Shown: positions 20,701 to 31,100 of the stretch, one piece after another
How positions within the stretch are numbered: the stretch's first letter is position 1
Layout: the number at the start of each line of letters is the position of its first letter
IMG/VR virus record: IMGVR_UViG_3300042865_000182
Span: 43,395-107,394 of that record
From: a virus
DNA length: 64,000 nt
Direction: 5' to 3' (one strand)
Notes under the pieces: generated by a model
Database searches by the model: none
Seen by the model: only the letters and a program-made list of their open reading frames with translations
What the model was told of the DNA's origin: nothing
Made by a program: the position numbers and the translations under genes

Positions 20701-22191
20701 GATTCTGCTGGATACCAAGGTTATCCTAATGAGATGAGTGATGCTCAGTCTAATATGTTATTACAACTTTCTGCAGGATTACCGGATGTTACTCCAGCTG
20801 CAGTTAAAAAAGCTGAGCAAACTCCAGATACACTTTTACAAAATGTAGAAGGAGCAGTAACAGAAAGAACCTACAATGAAGAGACAGATGCGGGAACATA
20901 TATAGATGATTTATCTAAAGATTTCCTTGAAGGTAAAAAACCTAAGTTTGAACCAGAAAAAATAAGTGAAGAAGCTTATGAAAATCTGTTTGGTGAAAAT
21001 GGTTTATTTCAAATCATGAAACAGTGGATGGATACTAATAAGTTAATCATAGTTTCTAGAGGTCTTGTTGTTTATGATAAAGATGCAAATGTTGCCGGGG
21101 AGATTGACTACTTACTATCTGATGGTAAGAACTTCTATATAGTAGATTTAAAAACCGGTAAAAAAGATAAGTGGGATAAGTATAATGATCCAAAGAGTGA
21201 GTACTATGGTAGTAAGATATCCAACACATTGCAACAAGCTTCTTATGTAAACTTGTTATATAATATGATTGGTATCAAAGCTATTCCAAAAATATTACCG
21301 GTAGAATTAGAACTTAACAGAAGTAATGGTAAGATATTAAAAGCATCAAGACCAAGTTCTCCTAATGCTCTTAAAGTTGGTAAGATACTTATTGATTTAC
21401 CTATTTCTCCAGAAATACAAGCAAAAATAGATGAGTTGATTCCATTAAGATCCACTCCATCAATAAGCTCAGTGCCTCTTTCTCTAAGTGTATCTAACAT
21501 TGTAAATAAAGCTGAGGGAGAACAAGTAGAGCCTACTGATTATGAAGAAGGTAGTGATGTACCAACAGGAACTCCAACTGATGCTTCTGCAAAAGTTAAA
21601 GAGTATGAGGATAAAATAAACAAGGCTGAAGATACAGATAAGTTAGACTTTATTGAACTTCAACTTGGTATGAACTCAGTAGACATGACAGCTGATGATA
21701 TTTTCCAAGTGCAGCAAATGATAGAACAGAGAAGGAATATACTTCTTTCAGGGGGGAAAGTTGTAACGCAAGAAAAATCTTGGAGTACTGGAAACCAAGT
21801 TTATAGTGAAAGTACTATATTTGTAGACAAAGGTAAGAATAGAGGTGAAGTATTTTTGGAGCCGTTTGAAACAGCAATTATTAGTAGTATTGATCCAGTT
21901 AAAGGTACAGTCACAATAAAACCTTATGGTAAGAAAAATCAAAAGACAATTTCCATTGATATGTTAAATAAAATGTTTAAATTAAATAGTGACTTGTTTA
22001 CTGGAGAAGAAGCACCTGCAGCTGAACCAGCTGGTAAAGATCTTCAAAATTTATCTAAAGAGTCTACTGATGTTGTATCAACATTACTTAATGATACTAC
22101 AGAACAGGCTAGATTAGAAAGTGAAGTTTCAGATGAGAGTATTACAGTAGATAAGACAGTTGATGATTTGTTAGATGATTTAGAATGTTAA
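14773..22191 (+). CDS. Giant virion ejection protein 1 with PD-(D/E)XK nuclease domain and inserted domain cassettes
   Basis: 2472 aa. Gly/Ala hydrophobic segments in the N-terminal part. Nuclease motifs AGEIDYLL (~21094), YIVDLKTG (~21145) and QxxxY. First of the three giant genes typical of crAss-like phages. Confidence 0.7.
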   Translation: MPENIPLSNRLLSSAGINPYEQQQSNKVEPPPFLQNDISKQLNGNVQKPLTDEEYVAERGMKWLGRSLGRQDRNAQMTPYTYNAGAGSNSFYKTYRAFGQKTFDEVGFSPFKNNDEAFNAQTSFLDRFSRTIVHGFAPLFARGFVSGPKSMARMLQGDFGDDPEDARKYAEAAAIAQDTSGGVGAFFNNSLMNFGYSAAIITEAIAEELALSAMGGIGGAANLPRFFAKLGKAASGVKGFSTVVDTAAGLGKSIKSLTNVNKAREFFNAAKIEAGLETRLGKFANFFNPAENLLETGLDIAKNTKQLKGWQRFNNATFKTAGALYRDVRNINMALSEARLEGGFARNDTFDQLFNDYRSKHNGQLPSEEMRNAMMKEANEASKHSLLANTLLIYASNKITFGNVVNPKSGLSRVISKRVAEVQKMAGRTTIREFTKRTLASGKELLTPKLSTVKGIWATAKKQGVQKAVKGVIGYTKANLMEGAQEVLQEVIADTAKNYHLQAFYSQPVGEYMYTKAQLDAMKEKGFSGILGEAFEKQRSWQGLETFASGFVMGAFASPLNRALPFAQEKYMQIFKNEQYKANKDIIDNYVNRMTKSVNDTFAKNPIEFYNSRIFGLGTQTELANVIDGGDAKSSRDGKDEATIKSITDLIKMDSLNIWTDYMESLKELTTEEYAEAVGISVEEAQGHTEKLDKVINRAKEIEKTYNQYNKKFPNPIDLNDYEKGTKEYEKAEIYHTAWEEGKKNVIFYHENYKDTLTRMQSIFQSIAEEKLLGKIDPNRVQALFKDDKLAGEIQILESEVEGLRGMTDPVSKRKFKETERTLGVLKEYQQDYENFMDHFFESGMVEEVDTEGKVVRTELDNQVINKLESSFKSYMKALAKQSDDIILDDSIDDAFEKLIDYYKLGREANKLSDTVNMLNNPEGFMDHIEKTYDWMYEMWNNREEYIRDNINKQLETLKFNQLLNDMAAVGVYVDLNAFAEFKNTGVIPTEFFDNVNKRVIKKGSPLYEQVANRFQGLAVMQQILEANKPTSEKQKEELARLDAEEAAAIARLPKVSTKLVVRNIDNKEDFSLRVVNDQLSEGQSVDVTYEEDSEQKSAVFYKDANGVLRYDNEQGEPVDLKLSVKFNSGQIFEIQNRPTDEDVAEVKKQYDALRAEAAEKFIDEGIKPFTAEDIAELDAINADTPVEAMPADLKQQLVDAYDDYRERPENKNMFPASLTEEDLQNKFEIFIKSEPEALEIIEKYVKDKKLEAATTPAGEVIVPKITLPNGEVISADEATDAILDATLQRYRMLIAELSSKGDEMTDDERKNLAIYKSKANILSGYIENKRIGEMSPELKAAKAKIDLLLKEQDKIKKLKTGYDVEGEILRRVSNVIEVLKDKKYEYPRMQDIRVIFNMTIGAGGTVSDFMTQLKNAKLPGFSEDTYDALEEDIKEFMTLTSITDQDVLKLQLEGLKEDLKVEEGEFGNPERALEIRNQIAILEKQVKQEAPTTNQADIEAKRAEGTNVRGTTYKGETTEKDGLKVTEYSEFRPDGKRISKGGRIMLPAEFIEEYNITDQDYLDSLEGAAEIRVYQVRVGKDGKSSISIQGTFPEGNVEMEVGGKESIASTTTPVADIEKRTTKIISSETVEKGNKKGETRTVTQTNSVEDLQGTTVSVTEYEAKVGDTTVTLGGRKMTFKEFKEEFPLDEDYEEILGDWPDLNDDTIITVRKVKRTPSSSRFKTVVTIVSPVLGDKMDVIIKQDDAKYDAELDALEGPANQAEINAKKAELNKLKETKENLSHPYDKLTTAAEKANWIEKNTRVVRSAFKTDEEYINYYETNRNKFINAIAQGKSKVDAMLAIDSINVEYYSNPKNEKALNEDYANVLRSYAVPLALTSEQKAYTSTGKIVSLLDGVNIKIDELTKEIAELEKATTAPAVEASVSYEDLVAKSRSEVGVIGPNLSFIFFGNLQNAIKNGQVRSKEELNKIIADWNDSAGYQGYPNEMSDAQSNMLLQLSAGLPDVTPAAVKKAEQTPDTLLQNVEGAVTERTYNEETDAGTYIDDLSKDFLEGKKPKFEPEKISEEAYENLFGENGLFQIMKQWMDTNKLIIVSRGLVVYDKDANVAGEIDYLLSDGKNFYIVDLKTGKKDKWDKYNDPKSEYYGSKISNTLQQASYVNLLYNMIGIKAIPKILPVELELNRSNGKILKASRPSSPNALKVGKILIDLPISPEIQAKIDELIPLRSTPSISSVPLSLSVSNIVNKAEGEQVEPTDYEEGSDVPTGTPTDASAKVKEYEDKINKAEDTDKLDFIELQLGMNSVDMTADDIFQVQQMIEQRRNILLSGGKVVTQEKSWSTGNQVYSESTIFVDKGKNRGEVFLEPFETAIISSIDPVKGTVTIKPYGKKNQKTISIDMLNKMFKLNSDLFTGEEAPAAEPAGKDLQNLSKESTDVVSTLLNDTTEQARLESEVSDESITVDKTVDDLLDDLEC

Positions 22192-22195
22192 TACT

Positions 22196-25100
22196 ATGAA
22201 AATTACTTGTGCCTTAAGCCAGAGTCAATCTGAAAAATTATATAAAACCATATACAAATCTTTAACTGAAGCACTAAAAGCTGAAAAACCATTCAGTGCT
22301 CAAGAGTATATGGCTAATCTTTTTGACAAGATTGCAGATAAAAAAGATGAAGATACCGCAGTTAAATTCTTGCAACAAGTCCCATCTATCATAAGAACAA
22401 TAGCTGCCAAACCAGCTTTTGATAGCTTAGATATAAAGCTAGATCCTATCAAAGAGTTGAGTCTTAAGTTTAAAGATGAGACTGAAGGTTTTAATGAAGT
22501 ACAAAAGTATTTCAAACCACAAGTATCACAAAGAGCTAAGTTAGCTTTAATAAGAGCTAACCAGAATAATGCATTGCTTGCAGAACAAGTAGACCCACCA
22601 ACTGAAGTAAAAGATCCGGTGAGACTTAGACCTTTTAGTTCTAATGTGTCTACTATGCAGTTATTAATACCAATTAATCCTAAGGATAAAGACAAGCTTC
22701 TTAAAGAAGAAAATGACCCGGCTAAAAAAAGAATATTTTCTGCAATAGAGACAATCAAGAAAGAAGCTGTATTAAGTGACTCAACTGATGTATTATCACC
22801 TATATCTTTTCAAGGTAAGACATTAAAGTTAAAACCAATTCTATTAACAGAGTTAAGAGAAACACATGAGAATCAAATAGATAAAACTACTTTGTCTGAA
22901 GTTATAAGAGCTGGTGCTATTAAATCACAAGGAACAAATAAAGAAGGTGTTGAAGGATTAAACAGAATAGCACTTGTTATTACAGATGAAAGTGGTAACT
23001 ATCTATACTTCAATGAAGAAGGTGAAATGGTTACTGAAGAAGAAGGTGGTGGTATTGTATATCAATTTATGCGGGATGTAAGAACTGATAATGGTGTATA
23101 CAGATTAACCAATATGTATGGTTCTGAAACTAGTGTTAAGACCCCTGCAGATATTGCAGAACAAATGGGTATCACAGAAGAAGCAGCTAGAAAATTACAA
23201 CAAGAAGAGTTCAAAGACTTATATAAAGTTAAAGAAGCTACATTAAAAGGTAACGGCCCGTTGTTATATTTAACTGGTTTGACTCCAGGAGTAAAACAAA
23301 GTGCTACTCAAAAAAATATTACACTACAGAATTTAAGAAGTCTTCCTTTTGTAACTAATGCAACTTTTAAAACCATAACTCCAAAAATGATTTATGGCAC
23401 TAAAGAAATTGCAACAATTACATTAAATGGACAAGAGTATAATTTAGATAGACCTAACTTACCTATTGAGTTTGCTAATGGTGAAAGACAACCGAGCCAA
23501 TTAATTAGAAAAATTGCAGCAGCATTAGCAAATCCAAACATATCAAATCAAGAAAAATATGAGTATGTGTCACAATTTTTATCTGATAAAGCATCAGAAT
23601 ATACAAGAAGACACACACTAAGTTATGATGAAGCTACTGATACTTTAGTTTTTGGGTATAATGAGAAAACATATAAAGAGGGTAGTGGACAGAAATTATC
23701 TTTTATAAATGAAGAACTAACAGGTAAAGAAAGCATAATAGAAGATGTTCTACTTAATGCTGCTTCAGATGATAGAGGTAACATGTATAGTGCTAAAATG
23801 ACTTATAATGCAAAAGCACTAAATGATAACCGCTACCGGGATTATGACATGGAGACTAATACTATTAGTGATGAGTTTACTCCTTACATACCATTCTTAG
23901 AAACATTACCAAATTCAAAGGTAAAAATTAGTGAAGAGAATGCTCCAGAGTTTTATAACTCACATATAAACTTCAGCATACCAGATGAGTTTACAAAAGA
24001 AATAGAAGCAGATTTTAAAAATCCAGATCCTATTAATGTTTCAGAAACTCCAGTAGAACCTTTTGAAGACATACAAGCTAAAATAGCTGAAATAGAAACA
24101 TTAGAAAAAGAAAAACAAGAACTTTTAAAAACTCAAAAAACTTATAAAGATTTACTCAATCAAAAATGGCCAATATCAAAATACTTAAAAAAACCAGTAG
24201 ATGGTAAATTTGATGTAGTTTCTGCTACTACTACTTCAGATTTTAATTTTAAGTTTAAAGAATATGGAAAAGATTACTTTTTTGAGATTGCTTCTGCTGG
24301 CTTAAATGCTTTTGAATATAAAGTCATAAGTGATAAAATCTCACAAACTACAGCTTTAAGTAATATTGATGAGATTATAAAACCAGTAACTACTGAATTA
24401 AATAGTCCAAAAGATGGTGATAATATAGTAACCATTAAACCAGGTGTTTTAAAAAAAGAAGGTAATGAATATATTGTTGTAACACCTGCTGAAGTTTTAT
24501 ATGTAAAATCTGAAGAATTAAATGAGCCTGTTGAAAAGGTTGATACAACAGAAATAGATTCTAGAATTGCTAAAGCTAAACAAGAACTAGCTGCTTTAGA
24601 ACAACCTGTTGGTGATAAACAAGCTCAGATAGATGAGATAGAAAAAAGGAGAGAAAAAGCATTATTTACTCCTTGGGTATTACAAAAAAATACAACAGAT
24701 GTTGTTATATTAAATAAAAGAGAAAGAGGTAAACAGATTATTGATGCGGCAGTTAAGTCTGGTAATTCTAATCTTATTTTAAAATTAATTGACTTAACAT
24801 CAGAAGGTAGAAGTGCAGAAACAATCTCAAAGGAAACTGGTTTTAATGAAGATCAGGTAAGGGAAATAAGAGAATATTTAGGAGCTTTAACACCAGGAGG
24901 TTTTGGTATAAGTGGTGCAGAAACTGAAAATGAACAAGAAGATCTTGAAAGATTTAATGCTTGGAAACAAAGTATAAAAGAGATCAATGCTAAAGCTAAA
25001 GAAGAACTAGATGCTTTAGAGCAAGCTCCTGTAGAACAAAAATGGGAATGGCCTCCAATTACACAGGATGATTCAATAAACAATGCAACAGCACCAGATA

Positions 25101-28100
25101 ATACAACTGATCCTACTGATGACTTCAGTGATTTTATGTTTAGAAAAGGAGCAGATCTAAATGGAGTTACAGAAGAACAAATAAAAGCTGCTGAAGAATG
25201 GTGGAATAGCTCTCCACTGTCTAAATACTTAGATTTTAAAACTATGGTAAACATAGTTAACTCTGATGTATATGCTAGATTTATAGGTTATGCTTCTGTT
25301 CTTAATGGTAAATATGGTGGTATTGAAATAAGTAGAACTGGTAGTATGGTTGATGTTTACCATGAAGCATGGCATGCATTCTCCCAAATATTTTTGACTA
25401 AAGAACAAAGAGAAAAACTGTATAAAGAGATTGCTAAACAGCCGGGAACATTTACCTTACTAGACGGTACTACAGTAGCTTTTAAAGATGCAAATTATTT
25501 GCAACTAGAAGAGTATTTAGCAGAAGACTTTAGATCTTATGGTATTGATCAATCAACTAAAAAAGGTCAACCTACAAGAAACACTTTGTTTAGAAAAATA
25601 TTAAACTTTATTAGAGACTTATTCTCTTCAAGAAGCACTAAAGATAGATTGTTTAAAGAACTATACTTTGCAAAAAGTAATCCTAAGTTCTTAAAAAAAT
25701 ACTCTCCAAATATAGACACTACATCTTTTAAACAACTTAACAGAGGTGTAGTAAGTTTAACAGACCCAACTATAGATGCTCTTAATAGACAAGATGCTGA
25801 GCTTATAAGCAATAGTATTGATTCATATATATCTGAGATTATTGATGCTGCAGCAAATGCAAGAGGTAATAAAAGTGGTAGTATCTCTATGTTACTTGGA
25901 GATAAAAATAAACAAGCTTTCTATACAAGAGTAAGAAAAGACTTTGAAACTAAGTTAGCTAATGCAAGGACAAGTTATGAAGCAATTCAGAATGATCCAG
26001 AGAAAGCTATGGATGCTGCAAAACTGCTTAATAAAATAAGAATATTTCAAGCAGCTTTAGATAATTTTGGTGATGCAAAAGGCGGTCTTGTAAAATATCA
26101 TTTAGAAAATACTACATTTAATTTATTAAGACAAAAGTATATTGAAGTTGAAGAAGAAGTTGAAACTGAGACTCCGGTAGAAAACAATGTAGAAGATTCT
26201 ATTAGTCAAACTTCTACACCAGAAGAATCTCAACCTGAATCAGTAATAAAAGACAGTAAGATTGGTAAAAAGTCTTTACTTGATTTAGCTAGCAAAGAAA
26301 CAGTTTACATACTTAAGAGTTTGCATAAACTTGAAAATGGTAAACCTGTTTATAATGAGTTAGGTTATAAAGAACTTGCAAACTTTACTCAGTCTTGGAA
26401 TAATTTAATGCGTGCTGTTAATGGTGAAAAGAATCCAGAGAAAATTTATGAGAATATAAAACAAGCTGGTCTTGAGGTATATCCTGAATTTAAACAGTTA
26501 TTAAACAGCAAGTTACCAAAACCATCTGAAATTATTAAAGCAGATAATGTTAATGATAAAATTTCTCAAAATAAATTATTGACTAACTTCTGGCAAGATG
26601 TACAAAAAACAAGAGTTACATATTTGCAAACTACAATATTTGAGAATGGTATAGCTGAAGTTACTAAAGCTTCAATTGAAACTGCAAGTCTTGCAAATAA
26701 GTTTGAGGCTAAGTTTAAAGGAGATCTAACAAATGATTATGTTGTAAGATCAACTGAAAACAATATACCAATGCTTAACATGGATAAGATTGTTGAAGAC
26801 TTTGGTAAAGATGGTGTTTTAATAACTGATAAATCATTTCAGTTTGCAAGAGCTATAGGCTTATATCTTGATGATTTAAGAATGATCAAGAATGAACTTA
26901 AAAAAGACCAAAGATCAATCCAGGAGTATGGTCTTCCATATATTTATAAAACAATAAGTGATATAAATAAGGCAAGCAAAAAACAAAACTTAAGTTCAGA
27001 AGGTATAGAAGCTATCACAGCCTTTAGACTAAATCCTATAAGGGAACTAATGAAAGGTATTCCGGAATCTGTTCTTGGTAAAGAAGTTTCTCAAAAAAAT
27101 AAGATAGATAAAATACTAGGTTTACAAGCTAAGTATGGTGTTGACTCTTCAAACTTTGCAGTATTAAATGCAGAAAGAAATCTTGTGTTTGAGCATATTG
27201 AAGATCACTCAGTAAGTATGATTGTATTTGCTTTGAACAAAGCAACAAATATGAAAGAGTTGTGGACTGAGGGTAGTGAGTTTGAATACTTAAGCTATCT
27301 GAATCCTAAAATTAATTCATTTACTAATAGATCACAGACTATAAATTCTCTTTTTGATATTGCATCAGACATGGAAAAAAGAGTTGGCAGATCATTGCAG
27401 TTGTTTGTAAACTCTGGTACTCAGTTAGAAAATGGTGATGGAACTAACACAACTTCATTAGACGCTCATGGTAAGTTCTTGCAAGAGCTACACAGCATGC
27501 TTAAAGGTGGTGTACAAGAATTTATGAGACATGCCTCTAAGTCTTCATCATTTGGAGCTAGAGTAGAAGGTGGTGTTATAGGTGGTGTTGGTAAAGGTTC
27601 TGATACTAGACTTTGGGTTGACTTAGATAAGTTTGCATTAGGAACAGCAAACAACTATCTTACTAAAACTCATATGATACCTTATATAGCTGCAGAGCTA
27701 GAAAGAATCAATAAGTTTAAAAGTAATAAAGATCTGTTTAAAAAGTATGCTGGGTATAACAGACCTATGCCTGATGGTACTATGGCCGGTGAAAACTTTA
27801 CAGCATTTGATAATGTACTCACTAAAGAAACAAAGGATGAGATACTTGAGAAAGTAACTGATCCTAATATGAGATTAGAAGACTATCTTAAAACAGATCC
27901 TGAACTTGCAAAGAAAATAGCAAATGATGTAGATGCTTATTTTGAATTTCAAACAAATGATCTTTTAGACTTTTATGAGGAAGCTGAATACATGAGCCCA
28001 GATCTTTTAGAAAGATTAAGATTGTTTAATTTATCGGAAGATGAAGCTACCAAAGTATTAATGAAAGCTTATGCAGTAAATGCATGGGTGCATAATTTTG

Positions 28101-31100
28101 AAATGGGTAATTTATTTTATGGAGATTTGGTTCAGTATAATCATGAGAAAGAAGAACTTCATAAAAGAAATACAGGGTCAACTTCTGGCGGTTTAAAATT
28201 CAGAACAGATGCTGCTATAAAAGCACTACTTACTGATATAAATAGTAAGGTGTCATATGCTGCTACATTACCTGGTATGGAAACACTTACATACACTGGT
28301 AAATTTAATACTGCAATTCTTCAGGATATAGAAAGAAACTCTGTATATGTTAAGCAAATAGAAGAAGCTTTAAGAAAAGACTATGAAGAAAGATTTGCTA
28401 ACAGCAAAATGCCTAAAGATAAAATACAAGCAGAAATTGATAGAAGAGTTCAAAAAGAAGTTGCCAAGTATAAGGGAATGGAGGAAGGAGATGGACAAGG
28501 TTGGATTACTTTTGATGCATATAGGTCACTTAAAATGGCATCAGGTCAATGGAGTGATGTACAAGAAGAGCTTTTCAAAAAAGTAATAAATAATGAGCCT
28601 GTAAAAGCATCAGATATTGTAGAGATGTTTCCTGCATATAAGCTTCAAAACTATGGTCACTTAGCAGATACAGCTTTACCAGTAATGGCTATGCATAAAT
28701 TTGCATTAGCTCCTATGATACCAACAATGATAAAAGGATCTGACTTGGAAAATCTTCACATGCAAATGATGAAGAATAATATACAGTATGTTACATTCCA
28801 AACAGGTTCTAAAGTAGGTAGTGTTACTTCAGAAGTTAATAGTAAAGGTAAAGCAGTTGCTGATAAAATTTATGCAGATGAAGGACAAAAGTCTTTATTA
28901 AGCAGTATTAAGTTTACTCCTAATACTATATATCTTGAGTATCTTAAAGATGTAACTCAAGTTCCGACATCTTTCAAAGGTAAAACAGTATTTGCAACTC
29001 AGTTAAGAAAGCTTATTCTAAGCAACCTATATGACCGTGGAATTCTAGATAAACATTCAGGTCTAGTAAAAGACTATGAAAATACAGTAGATGAATATGG
29101 TAATCTACTAAAAATGGAGTTACTCAATGATATAGGCTATGAATATAAAGATGGCAAATACATTGGTAACTTTACTGAATTTTTAAAAGTTATACAAGCT
29201 GAATTAAATAGAAGGGATCTACCTGAACATCATGTTGAGTTTGTTAATGCAAATCCAGATAACTCATTAAAGACAGATTTATCCTTACATCTTAAATCAG
29301 ATGATATAGAAAAGATTCTTGTAGCTTTAATGGAGAAAAGACTTGTTAGACAAAAGATTAAAGGTGAAGCTTTAGTTCAAGTATCTAGTGCTATGACCAA
29401 TGGGTTATGGGACAATCAAGTTAAGTTTGATAAAGCAAATGAAGATGAGGTAAGAAAATTCATGGGTAGTAATAACTTACCTTTTTACAATCCTACAGCA
29501 GATGGTACATCAGCAATGAAAGTTGCTATTGCTTTACAAGGTGATTTTGTAAACTTATTAAATGCAAAACATAATGATGGTGAACCAATAGGTACAAGAG
29601 AGAGACTTAATGAGATGATTAAGGATGATAAATGGATGGCAGAAAATGGTAAATCTGTTAGTTTATCAGCTGTAAGGATTCCAGTACAAGGTCTTAACTC
29701 TATGGAGTACATGCAAGTGTGGGAGTTCCTAGATCCAGCAGCAGGTAATATTATCATACCTCCATCTGAGATTGTAGCTAAATCTGGAGCTGACTTTGAC
29801 GTTGATAAACTTACTACATTTATGCCAGCTATTTCTAAAGATGGTAAGTTTATAGAATCTGAGCTTGATAATGAAGCTATCAAAAGATTGATATCAGATA
29901 ATAAAGAAACTCCTGAAGGGAAAGCTATGATATCAAGAGTTATAAGTCAACAAAAAGCAGCTCTTGAGAATAAGCTAATCACAAGCATAAATAATATTCT
30001 TAGACTTCCAGAAAACTATGCGGCATTAGTAAGACCAAATGATACTTACTTACTTAAGGATGATGTAGCTGATGTACTTGAAGATAAAGTTACAGACTAC
30101 AACAGATTTAATAATTATCATGGTGAGCCTCAAAGACCGGGAGCAAAAGCAAAAAGATCTATAAGTCCAACAAGAACTTTAGAACCATTGTATAATTTAC
30201 ATAAGCATGATGCAAACATGATTGGTAAAGCTGTTCTTGGTCTTGTTGCTATTTATAATGCATTACATCCAATATATAATTCACTTGATGCTAAAATGCC
30301 AAAACAGTATTTAGATACTTATTATGATAAAGGTTTAGGTAAATATGTAGAAGGAAAGAATCCAATATCCTCAAGAATGTTTATGCCTCATAATAAAACT
30401 GCAGAAGGTAACATATCTTTATCTGATATTTATACTGCAGATGGTGTAGACTTAATTTCAGATTTATACTCTCAGTTGATTAATGGTGCTGTGGATGTTG
30501 AAAAAGATGCATGGATCTTCTTTATTCAAGGTAACATGGAGTTAGCTCCTATGCTTTTGACAATGTTTAAGGCCGGAGTTCCAAGAGAATATGCAATCAA
30601 GTTCTTATCACAACCAATGATTAGAGAATATGCTAAAGAGTTAAGACTACTTGGTGGCTCATATGCAGATCTTGTTGCAGATCCACTTGAGGATACTAAA
30701 ACAGGTAAAAATAAAAGAGCTGCAATCAGTGTATTAGAAAGATTTGGTGTTATAAATGCACCATCTTATCTAAAATCAGATCTTAAAACTCATATGGCAT
30801 TATCTGCACTTACAAAAAAATCTGGTGTTTTAAATGAAGAGGGTCAATTTGATGTGGCTTTATTAGATAAAATGTTAGAAGAAGATGTGAGTACTGATAC
30901 ATATAAAAATCAACAGCTTGCTGTATTTTTACATTTTCTTGAAATGCAGAATCAGTTCTCTGGCTTCCAAGATTTATTAAGACTTTCAAATCCAGACACT
31001 ACAACTTCTAAGACTACACAAGAGATATTACTAAGAAAGACTTTGCTTAATGATATAATGAAGAACTCTAAAGTAGATCCTTCACTAGTTTCAAAACTTA

